Shown here piece after piece: positions 23,560 to 42,800 of a DNA stretch of 64,000 nt. The DNA comes from Camelus dromedarius (lineage: Eukaryota): NCBI RefSeq assembly GCF_036321535.1, contig NC_087444.1, forward strand, positions 74,152,001-74,216,000, written 5' to 3'. The position numbers and the translations under genes are program-made. The notes beneath the pieces are model-generated. The model searched no databases, was not told the DNA's origin, and worked only from the letters and a program-made list of their open reading frames with translations. Positions within the stretch are counted from its first letter, which is position 1; each line of letters starts with the position of its first letter.

Positions 23560-24520
23560 AGAGCTTTGAGCAAGAGAGGGACAGAGTTGCACCTGTTTAA
23601 AGACAGTCATAGAGGTAGCTGCCAGCTCTGTGGGAGCTCGGAAAAAGCACCAGCCTGGGACGTTAGATTTCTTCCCAAATAAGTGACATCTGCATTTAGT
23701 CTTGAAATATGAGTAAGGTTTAGTGAGTAGAGGCAGGGAAGGATGTCACAGACAGAGGTATACGTGAAAACCAGGTTAGGGAAAAGAGCCTCTGAATGTA
23801 GAGAGCCATGGGGAGCACGAGCACCATGTTGCTGGGATTTTAAAAAAATGAAGCCAGGGAAGGACTTGAGGCTTTGGAGTCGTGAGAAATAAGATAGAGG
23901 GGTAGGCAAGAGCCCATTAAGAGTTTTGAACACCAGCTTGAACTCTACTGCCAAGTGCTTAGGAAAGGACTGTGAGCAGGGAAGGGGTAAAATCACCTCT
24001 GGGTGCGAAAGAGACCTTCTGAACCTGTATAGGGGATGGATAATGGAATGAGGCTGGAGGCAGGAGGTGAGGAGAAAGCTGGGGCTGTAGTCCAGATGGG
24101 AGAGCATGAGGCCTGATTTGGTTCGGGTGCATGGATGGAAAGAAGAGAAAGGCAGAAGTGGGCAGAGCAGGAAGGCAGAGCCAGGGACTGACAGGCTATG
24201 AAGGAGGTAGAAGAAGGAAGGGGAAAGGACAGCACCTGCATCTGACTCGGTGACTGGTAGACAGTGGAGCCATTCCCAACATGGGGAACCCATGAGAAGG
24301 AGTGGGTTTTAGGGAACACTCTGAACTCATGTGGGATGGAGTGAGTGTCAGGGTTCCAAGAAGTGGCTGGAGTACTGAGCCTTGTGCTCTCAGTCTGGAG
24401 ATGGGGGTCTGGGTGTTATTAGCTGTGATGGTGGTGGAAGCTGTGGTGATTGCTGAAGTTTTCTGAGGAGGGGAGTAGAGTGAGAAGGGAAGGGGTTCTG
24501 GGCATCATTTTGTGAAAAGC
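23560..24520 (-). mobile_element. L2 LINE remnant (ORF2 C-terminal region)
   Basis: The minus ORF 23607-24293 contains an L2-like decayed peptide (LAVEFKLVFKTLNGLLPTPLSY). The DNA has the typical GA-rich L2 texture. Confidence 0.65.
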
Positions 24521-26207
24521 CTCAAATGCTAGGCAAGAGATCTAGGGAGGAAGTACAGAAAGCACAGGCCCTTCAGCAAACAGGATGAGACTCCCCTCAG
24601 GGTTGAAAGAGCCAATACAATAGTATTTGGGAGGGTGCCCGGCATATAGTAACTGCTCATAACATTTTAGTTCTAGTTCTCCATGAGAGTCGTCGAATGG
24701 TCTGCTCTTCTAAAGTTGCACAGATTTGGGTTCCAATTATCCTCTGTCCTTTACTAGCGCTAACTAACTTGGGGACATTACTCCTGACTTTCAGTCTTGT
24801 TTATTTGTAAAATTTGGCCAACTCTAGTTGGTCGTGAGGAGTACAGTTACTCATTGTTCGGTGTATCTGAGTAACAGGGAAACAGGCCCCACTCCACAGC
24901 CTAAGGGCCAATTAGGACGCGGTCCGCCTCTTGGAAATGCAAATTATGGGAGAGCTTGCCAATCACCAGGCCTCAACCCCGCCCCCTTTCCCTACACCGA
25001 CGCGCCCAGCCTCTTCTCTAGACCAACCAGAGCGTGGTCCGCACGAGCTGCGCCCTGGGAACGCAGTTCAGAACCCTCAGCGTCCGGCTGGGAGTGGGTT
25101 GCCATGGTCGCCACTGAGAGGCGGGGCTGAAGGGCTGGCAGAGCTTCGAGAGAGGTAGATTCTGATTGGGTGCTTCCTCGCTTCCTTCACGGGTGGCCCA
25201 GGTGTTTCGCTGTCTCCGCCCGATCCTTCCGCCTGATGCTTGCCCCTCTCTCCTCTCCTCCCGCCCAGACCTGGCGCCCCGTTGGTCTCCCGGGAACGGC
25301 GCCGTTAGAAAACCCTGAAGAAACTGCTGGAGGCTGCTACGAGAGAGGCGGAAACCTTTTTCTAATAGTGCATTTTGCTCCGTGACAGGCTCTGTACTTA
25401 AGTCTCATAGTGTATCTGGTTATTTCTCAAATGAGGAAAAGGAGGCTCGAAGATTAGAAGCCAATATCACACAGCTAGATTTAGGGAAGCCTGGTCTTGA
25501 GTGGCAGATGCATCTCCAGAGCCCCCCGGTATTTCCACTGTGCCCAGAGAGAAGTCAGGAAATGAGAGTAGAAAAAGCAAAATTCAGAGAAAATGAGAGC
25601 TGGGAGAAAGAGACCGAGACCTAGAGGAATAAAGAAAAGGAAGATACTAAGTAGTCAGGCAGAGAAAAAAGAAAGTGATTAAAAATGGAAGCAAGAGTTT
25701 TGAGGAGAAAAGAGTAGAGAGAGGAGACAGAGATCCCCAGAGGGCCGGGAAACCAGGAGGTTGAAAGGTAAGTGTAGAGACTCAGAGAGGACAGGTACCC
25801 AGAGAGCAACAGAGACCCAGAGAAGGGAGCAGTGACTCAGAGGGGAACAGAGACCTGAGAGTTTACAGAGAACAAGAGAAGAAGGAGATAGAATCCCAGA
25901 GAGGACAGAGACGCCGGGGTGGGGTAGGAACAGGTACGCTGGGGGAGAGGGACAGAGGCACAGAGTGAGAGGAAAGGAAAGAGCTGGGCCGAGGGTACCG
26001 GTGGTGCAGAGCAGAGGGAGATAGGGAGACAGAGAATATGAGTGGAGGGAAAGATGAGAAAACAGCGGGAACTGAGGGGCTAGACACCAGCGTAACGGAT
26101 GCAGGGCCCGCCCCTAAACAGAAACACCCCTCTCCCCCCACCCAACACACGCGCGCGCGCCCTCACGCACACACACAGGAGGCGCAGTCCAGACGCACAG
26201 CAGGGTC

Positions 26208-26213
26208 TTTATT
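26208..26213 (-). terminator. PTH2 polyadenylation signal AATAAA
   Basis: TTTATT on the plus strand, 21 nt beyond the PTH2 stop codon. Confidence 0.85.
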
Positions 26214-26234
26214 AAGGTGGGGCGGGCAGAGCGC

Positions 26235-27017
26235 TCAGCGAGCGTCCAGCACCAGCAGCTTGTGCATGTAAGAGTTCAGCCAGTGGCGGCGCTCAAGGGC
26301 GGCCAGCAGCCGCGCGCGCTCCCGAAAAGCCGCATCGTCCGCCAGCGCCAGGCTCCGCCGCGACTGGGGGGCGGTCGGATACATGCAAGCCCGGCGCAGG
26401 GTGCGGAGTCTGCCGGGAGAGGGAGAGGAGCGATTACCGCCTGTCCGGGCCCCCCGTCCGCCGCCCCGCCTGTCCTCCCTGCGGTCCAACTGGAAGACCT
26501 GTTCTAGTGGCTCGGTCTCTGTCTCCTTGTTTCTCTCTTTCTCTGTGTGGGTGTCTGCGGTCACCAGGTTCCTAGCTTTCTGAGTACAGAGACCCAGGCT
26601 GACACCCTTGTCTGGCCCCAGGGCCCAGCTCATGCCTGGCACACACTATAGACCCAATAAACGTTGCTCAAGGAACAAATCCGTTCCTGCTTTGACTCCT
26701 TTCAAGTCTCTCCAAAGCCTTTCTCAGAATCTCTCTGTATCTCTTTCTCTTGCATATTCCCTGTCCACCTCCCATCTCTGTCCTCTCTCTGGGTCTCTGT
26801 CCCCCTTTCTGAGTCTCTGTTCCCCACTCTCTTTGGGTCTCTTTCCATCTCTTTGAGTCCCCAACCATCCTGGGAGACCTGGACGTCGCCAGTACCTGAA
26901 GACCCCCGCGGGCGGCAGGGCGACTCCTGAGGCAGTGCGGTGGCCCCAGGGCACAAGCAGCAGCAGCAGCAGCAGCAGCCGCACCCGGGGGCTCCTGGGT
27001 ACCTGGCGGGTCTCCAT
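26235..27017 (-). CDS. PTH2: Parathyroid hormone 2 / tuberoinfundibular peptide of 39 residues (TIP39) precursor, 98 aa
   Basis: Exons 27017-26896 (METRQVPRSPRVRLLLLLLLLVPWGHRTASGVALPPAGVF) and 26409-26235 (RLRTLRRACMYPTAPQSRR|SLALADDAAFRERARLLAALERRHWLNSYMHKLLVLDAR*), 297 nt in total. Poly-Leu signal peptide, dibasic RR site and a recognisable mature TIP39. Confidence 0.97.
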
Positions 27018-27124
27018 CACCTGTGGAGAGACAGGGAAGAGCTCACTGAGGCCCGTATCCTGGCCCAGAACCCCGGACCCCACCACCCAACCACCCTCCG
27101 CAGCCCGTTTGATGGGTCCCCTAC

Positions 27125-27320
27125 CGCGCAGTGGGCTCAAGCACCGAGGCTGGCAGCCCCCTTATATCGCCTCCACAGCCCCCGCAGCGGACAATGACGC
27201 AGACCAGGGGGCCAGGGGCGCCGGGTCAGCACCCACCCCAGCTCATTAGGAGCTGCCAGCGGTAATGAGGAGCCGGGGGTGGGGGCCCCGCGACCGCCTT
27301 GGCGGCCACCCACTAATTGG
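27125..27320 (-). promoter_or_regulatory. PTH2 proximal promoter: TATA-like box, half-CRE, homeodomain sites, probable very short non-coding exon 1
   Basis: Minus-strand GATATAAG around 27161-27168; donor GCG|GTAGG at 27125/27124; acceptor CACAG|GTGATG three nt before the ATG (27021/27020); TGACG at 27195-27199; TAATGAG/CTCATTA/CTAATTGG at 27242-27320. Confidence 0.55.
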
Positions 27321-29020
27321 GACCAGGAGCTGAGACCTGAGGAGAATCGGGAGGGGGAGAGACAGACAGACAGAGAAGTGGACACAGGGGGGTGTGTCAG
27401 AGGGATAAAAATAGAAATCAGCGGAAGGACCATCAGAGCAGAAGCCAGAGACACAGAACAGAGACAGGGGAAGCAACAGAGGAGGGACTGATGGGGAGAA
27501 GCAGAGACACAAAGAGAAGTAACCATGAGAGGGAAGGACAAAGACAGAATGACAGAGAAAAGGAAAGAGAGGAGAAACAGAGCAACAGAGGAAGAAAGGA
27601 AGAGAAAAGGAGAAAAGAGAGGGAAAGGGACCACGAGAGCAAGCTAGAGATGGAGGATGAGGAAAAGCGCTTTCTCAAAATGACAGAAGGAGCTAGAAGC
27701 ACAGCAATCCTGGACAGAGTTGTCCAGAGATAAATCCAGGCAGGGAGAGAAGCAGAAAGAGTGAGGGGATTGGGGAGCGCGGCAAGAGAAGGCACAATGT
27801 ACGTGTGGTAGGAGGTGTGGAGGCAGGTATAGTGACAAGTAAAATCAGGAAAGTCTTAGTCATGCCTCCAAGAGGGCGAAGAGACAGACAATGATCCTGA
27901 CTACCCTAAGGATGTGTTCAAGCCCTTCTCAGGCTCCTAACACTGGCTCTTAAGAGGGTGCTCTCTATACAATGGACTGTTAGGCAAAGGTCGGGGAGTC
28001 TGGGTCTCTGGTTGACAGGATGTGGGAACCTGGACTCCTAGTTCCCCAGAGAGGAGGAGAACAGGGCCCGGATTTCTGGATCGAGGGGAAAGTCTATGGG
28101 TCCTGACTTCTGGGTCTAGAAGTGGGAGGTTACCAGAGACCTGGATTCCTGGATTTGGGTGTAGGAGAGGGCAGAGCTGGGTCACCTGGTTTCTCAGGGA
28201 AGATAGCTTGGTTGGGTCATCCCTCCACTGATGATCCAGCCCCAAAGTCCCTTCCCCACTCCAGATATTGTCCTTTATTGCTGTTCCTTTAAAATCCCAA
28301 GCCTGTCACTAGGCTCCCTGGATCCCCAGGGAGGGGTCAGGTGCATCACCTGTGCCCCTGGGATCCCACCCCCTGCTTCCCCTCCCAGAGCCATTCTACA
28401 GCATTTGCCGATCTCTGTACCCAGCTCTGCTCACCTGTTTTTATCTTGGACCCCATTGGAGCAGGTAAGAGACCCCAGGACCCCAAGTGACTCTATCCCA
28501 TTTGGGTGTCTGCTGGCCCCACCCCCACCTGACCACAGACCTAGATGTCTCTGCCCTAGACCAGCTCCTGAGACCTTGGGATCCCAGCTCCATCCTCAAT
28601 AAACAGAGACCCGAGTCCTGCCCCACAGCTCTCTCCTCCTGAAAACTGAGGAATCTAGACCTCTACACCCCTATCTCTGGAGGACACAAGACTCAGAGTT
28701 CCCAATCTCCTTCTAACTCAAGACTCAGGAGTTCAAGACATTCATTTCCTTCTCCCCTGTAATCCAGTCCCCCAAGCTTTACTCCTTCAAAATTCTAGGC
28801 ATCTGAACCTTCAGGCCTCTCTTTTCTAAAGAATTAGGAATTGAGACCCACAGTGCTCTCCACCCTCTGGGAACCAGGAGTCTGAACCCCAAGAAGCCCT
28901 CTTGACCATAACCCAGGAGTCTCCCTCCTCCCCCAGTTCCAGGCATTCAGTACCCCTCCTCCCTCAGATCCAGGCGATCAGGCCCCCAGCCCCCAGACGT
29001 TCCTTCTGAGCCTCCTCTAA

Positions 29021-29184
29021 TATAAACAACTGTTGAGTCAAGGTGTCCTCAGGGTCCTAGGAGAGAAAGGGATCCTGTGTCCCCTCAGAGGTCTAAATCC
29101 TTCGAAGTCGAAGTCAAGGAGGTCTGGGGGCTTGGAAAGGTGTCATTATTTCCCAATTTTCCCGAGACCCCATCCGGGAAACAG
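29021..29184 (+). promoter_or_regulatory. GFY TATA box and probable non-coding exon 1
   Basis: TATAAA at 29021-29026, strong donor CAG|GTAAGG at 29184/29185, and acceptor TATAG| at 29425/29426 15 nt before the ATG. Confidence 0.6.
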
Positions 29185-29440
29185 GTAAGGAAATTACGAC
29201 TCCCAAGAAGCCCCGCGCCTCAGTCTCCCTTAGCTACAGCGGCTGCCGCCCCACAGCCTTTAGGGAGTTGCTTCTCATCCTTTCCCTGGCGCCTAGCTAG
29301 GCCTGGAAGCTACCCAAGGACCAGTGGGCGTGGCCTCTGGCGTGGGCGTGGCCTCAGGAGACGGCTGTTGCTCCCGGGCTGCTTCGGGTTTTAACCCCTT
29401 CCTTCCCGCTCCTCTGCTGCTATAGGTGCCTTCCAGAGCT

Positions 29441-31701
29441 ATGAAATCCTTCAGCCCGATCCTCTTTCTTCTCGTCTTCCTCTTCGCCCAGATGGGTTCC
29501 AGAGCTGCCGCTTTGGCCTCACTTCCTGCGGGCTCCGACTTCCCAGGGATGGGCCACCCCTCTCAGCCCTCCCCTCATGCTTCTGAAAATTCCACTCTCG
29601 ATGAGCCTAACCCAGAATCCCCTGGCACTGCTTATCTTGAGCCCTCCAAGACACCTCATGCGGTTTCCCCTGAGCCCTCCCATCTTGACCTCCCTGAGAC
29701 CCCCAAAACTGACCTCCCAGAAACCCCACACCCAGAGTCTCCTGAGACCCCCAAACCTAACTCACTCAACACCTCAATATCAGAATCCCTTGAAACCCTC
29801 CAAATTAACCCCTCCAAAATGACACATCCAGAACTTTCTGAGACCCCCAAACCTGACCCAACTGAAATTCTACACATAGAATCCCTTGAGACCTCTGAAC
29901 CTAATTCCTCCAAAACTTCACACCCAGCATTTCCTGAGACCCCAAACCCTGAACCTACTCACACTCCACACCAAGAATCCCCAGATTTTCCCAAACTTAA
30001 CTCCACTGAAATCTCACCTACAGAAGCCCCTGGGACCCCAAATCCTGACTCCACCAAAACTCTTGGACCCAAATCTCCAGAAACCTATGATCCTAACACC
30101 ACTGAGACCGCAAACTCTGAATTCCTTCAGACCCCTCAACCTGACCCTACCAAAATCCCCCACCCAGAATCCCATGTAAGCCACAACACCAATCCCACTG
30201 AAATTCCCCCAACTGAATTTCCCACAACCCCCTACCAAGATGCAACAGAGATCCTCAAGACCTCTGACCCTGAGGTCTCCACTAATCCTCACCCAGAAAC
30301 ACCCGCTCCCTTCAGGGAAGAAGTTACTGCCCTAAATGAGCTGCCCTTGAAACCCAGCCCAGAAACACTTGCAGTCACCCAGATCGACCCCCTCAAATTG
30401 CCCACCTCAGATTCTCCTGGGACAGTTGAGCTGAAGGCCCCCCAGAACTTTAGTCCTAAAGGGCCTGACGGCCTTTCTCCCTCAGCCCGGATTGCGGGGC
30501 CCCCTGCTCCTCCAGGGCCCCCCACTCAGCCGGCCCCTGCCACTCCGCGGGCCCCCCAACGGCGCAGCCGAGGTGAGAGAGTCAACACTATCATCGTGGT
30601 GGAACGAGTGGAGGAGACCGGTGAGGGGCTAGGACCCAGACTCCTGGGTCCGAGGGAGGAGGGTCCTGAGAGCCAGACTTCTAGGTGGAAAGGATGAGGG
30701 GGGCATTGAAGGCCCCTCTCTAGGGTCTGAGAGGGGAGGAGGCTGAGGGCTGGTACTGTGGGGTCTGACGAAGGAGAAGCTGGGGGCCAGGACTCCTAGA
30801 TCGGAGGGAGGAAGGTAGGATCTGGATTCCTGGGTCTGAGGGAGGAGGGGGTTAGGAATTTAAATTCCTCAGTTCCTGGACCTCCTTCCTTCAGGCGTGA
30901 CCCTGGTGGGGCGTCCCCGGGGCGCGGCAGGCGGAGCCCTCTGCCTATTCTTCGCCGGGACAGGGCTACTTATCAGCATTTTCCTGCTGCTGTGGTGTCT
31001 CTACCGCCGGGCGGCTCGACACCGGCCCTTCGCACACCACCGGCTTCCGAACGATGGAGATGAACCGGGTGAGTCACCCTTGCAGCGTCCTGCTCCTTAA
31101 AAGCCTGCGCGTTTCTTTAACCTGGTTTCGCCTGGCACTTTAGGGCGCCCACCTAAAAGTACAGGTCCCCACCCAAGGTCGATAGAAGCCCTAACCCCTC
31201 CACGGTCAGGTCCTGCCCTCCAATTCTCTAAAACTTCACGCAAACACATCCGGTTCTGCCTCCAGCCCAGGAGAGAGTTGCAGCAGACTCCGGGCCACGG
31301 GTCCCTACAAGCCCCGCCCCCGCCCCTCATGAAGCGCAGCAGGCCCCGCCCCTTAGTCTAATCAGAGGCTCTTTCATTTGAAAACTCAGCTCCAATGGAT
31401 GGTCAGAATCCTTTCCCCATTCTCCACATTGGCCAGCGGTGCAGTAGAGGGGATGGGCCCCCTATCAGCCTAGGGGTGACCTGCTCCTTTGCTCCCAACA
31501 GTTATGCATTTGGACGCCCCGAAGGACCCCTATGATCTCTACTTTTATGCACCGGACGCCTGGGTTCCTTCACACATCGCCACCAAGCAGCCGCCGCCCA
31601 CTCCTCCGCTGCCGCCCAAGCTGCCCCCGCCGCCTCGCGGGGTCCGCCCCCAGCTCCTGGAGCCTCTCTCCCCCGCCACGCTTCCCAACAACTTCGTGTG
31701 A
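29441..31701 (+). CDS. GFY: Golgi-associated olfactory signaling regulator (Goofy), type I membrane protein, 517 aa
   Basis: Exons 29441-30620, 30895-31068, 31502-31701 (1554 nt, phase 1/1). Signal peptide [17 protein letters not shown], Pro/Thr/Glu-rich luminal repeats, [26 protein letters not shown] and tail ...[37 protein letters not shown]...LPNNFV*. Position between PTH2 and SLC17A7 matches known synteny. Confidence 0.95.
29729..30256 (+). repeat. Coding 48-nt (16-aa) tandem repeat x11 in GFY exon 2
   Basis: The CTGAGAC-like core recurs at exact 48-nt intervals (29694, 29742, 29790, 29838, 29886, 29934, 29982, 30030, 30078, 30126). Confidence 0.85.
30632..30855 (+). repeat. MSR1-like degenerate array filling the GFY intron 30621-30894
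   Basis: CAGACTCCTGGGTCCGAGGGAGGAGGG, GGACTCCTAGATCGGAGGGAGGAAGG, TGGATTCCTGGGTCTGAGGGAGGAGGGG and similar units. Confidence 0.7.
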
Positions 31702-31847
31702 GCCTGGCCAGACCTTGGCCAGCCCCAAATAGAGGAAAGATTCAGAGGTTCTGTCCTCCTGGCCCGTTTTGCTACATAGTGGTCCTCTAGGATAGAGGGT
31801 CCATCAGAGATGTTTTAGATGTGACCAGAGAACACAGTCTGAGGCAC

Positions 31848-31853
31848 AATAAA
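31848..31853 (+). terminator. GFY polyadenylation signal AATAAA
   Basis: First canonical hexamer after the GFY stop (146 nt downstream). Confidence 0.8.
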
Positions 31854-32049
31854 TCACGTATTCCCACAGCTAGACAACTCCTCTGGCCTGAGTCCTGAGG
31901 GAGGAGGGTGGCTGGGGTCCTAGGATACCAGGTACGAGGGAGGAGGAGGCTAGAGGCCTGGACTCCTGGGTCTGAGGCGGGAGGGGGTTGGGGTTTGGAC
32001 TCCTGTGACTCCCACTGCCAGTGACGACTGGGTGTGTACAACAAAGCAT

Positions 32050-32055
32050 TTTATT
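32050..32055 (-). terminator. SLC17A7 polyadenylation signal AATAAA
   Basis: TTTATT on the plus strand about 1.1 kb beyond the stop, with a GT-rich stretch further downstream on the minus strand. Confidence 0.8.
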
Positions 32056-33147
32056 GGGAGAGGGGCAGGGCAGGATTTACAGTCACAGAGACAAGACACA
32101 CAAAGACACAACCCTGCCCGGGGTAAAACACCCCCTTCCCCAGCCCCAGTCCCTTTCCTGGGATTCTGTGACTTCTATATATGTTCCCCAAATTCTAAGC
32201 CGAAATAGGGGAGTCTGAGAGGGAAGGGATCCCAGATTTGGAGTCATTCAGCCCCTGAGGGACAACAAATGGCCACTGAGAAAATGAGGGTAGTTTGAAA
32301 CCACCCAGGAGAATAAAGTGCTAAGATTCAGGGGGAAGAAGGAGCATCTTGAAACCACCATGGGAAAGTTCAATGGTGGTGGCTTCAAAGCTTAAGAGTA
32401 GATGGACTTGTGCAGCCGCTATTTAGACCTGAAAACCATGTCAGAAAAAGTGCATGGGGGCGTAGAGAGGCATATTGTTAAAACCATCATTTTGGTTGTT
32501 TCCCTAGGCGTTGTGCTAAGCTAGGGAGAAGGTTTTGGGGAATTTGGTGCTTCAGCAGAATCTGCTGGTGGAGAGAGGGGTGAAAAGTTGGGTGGGAGGG
32601 TGCTTGAAACTGCCATTTCCCCTCAGAAACGCTGGTGAGAATCAATCCCTAAATGGCAGGGATGGGTGATTAGTTAAGCCAACCTGGGAAGTGCAGAATA
32701 GGGTTGGGAGGGATTTGAAACTTCTAGAGGAAAACCTTGAATTTTTCTGAAAGAAGAGGCAGGCTGAGTAATCTCAGGGATTAGCCCAAATCCCTGGGGT
32801 TCAAAGAAATGGGGAGGTGCCCAAAACCACAAGAGAGATTAAGAGATTGAACTGTCCATTCAAATAAAGCCCTGAAAGGAGAGACTTGAAACCACTGAGG
32901 CAGAACAAGTGGAGAAGGGTACCTTTAGGGAAATTTGGGTATCCTTGAAACTGCCAGTCTGCAGCTTCACTACCCCTGAGAGGCAAATGGGAAGGAAAGA
33001 GGGTTTGACAGCACTAGGAACAAGGGAGAGTGCTTCTTAGGCCTGAGGCAGGACGCAGAGGACTGGGGTTCCTTGATACTGTAAACTCAGGCCAGAGATG
33101 TGTGGAATGGAGGACCTGGAAACTGCCATCCAGTGGGAGGCACATGG

Positions 33148-42543
<9,396 letters not shown>

Positions 42544-42800
42544 GGCGGCTGCCTCTGCTACCAGTCCCCTCCACCCCGCCGATCCCCCCGCCCGCGGGCC
42601 CGGGCGGCCGCGTCCGGGTTCCCGGGGTCTGCCCCGGCCCGGCGGGCCCCGCAGCTCCGCTCGGGGGGAAGGAGGCTGCGAATGCGGGGTGCCTGGGGGT
42701 TGTCACTGGACTCAGCGTTGGGAGCGGGATGGGGCAGGGAGAGGCCCCGCCCATCCCTTCTAGACCCCGCCCCTTGTGTTCTAGCCCGGCCCACCTCCAT
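42544..42800 (-). promoter_or_regulatory. SLC17A7 GC-rich 5'UTR and core promoter (CpG island)
   Basis: Very CpG-rich sequence directly upstream of the ATG (Kozak GCCGCCATGG), with CCCCGCCC GC boxes around 42744-42775. Confidence 0.65.

Noticed and set aside
23607-24293. 228-aa minus-strand ORF as a novel gene
   Set aside because: The sequence is a decayed L2 element with no splice or promoter support.
25168-25190. U6-like snRNA start (GTGCTTCCTCGCTTCC) about 225 bp downstream of an octamer
   Set aside because: The similarity ends after about 12 nt, there is no U6 body, no recognisable PSE/TATA and no T-run terminator.
25530-26060. Long polypurine/polypyrimidine tracts (also 4400-4700, 15280-15790, 27330-27780, 39280-39600, 42000-42350, 48480-48830) as functional triplex elements
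   Set aside because: They are imperfect GA-rich low-complexity stretches without mirror symmetry that I can verify, and are common in this isochore.
29729-30256. GFY coding repeat derived from exonised MSR1
   Set aside because: There is only short-word similarity (CCTGAGACCC vs CCTCAGACCC). The 48-nt period does not match 36-38.
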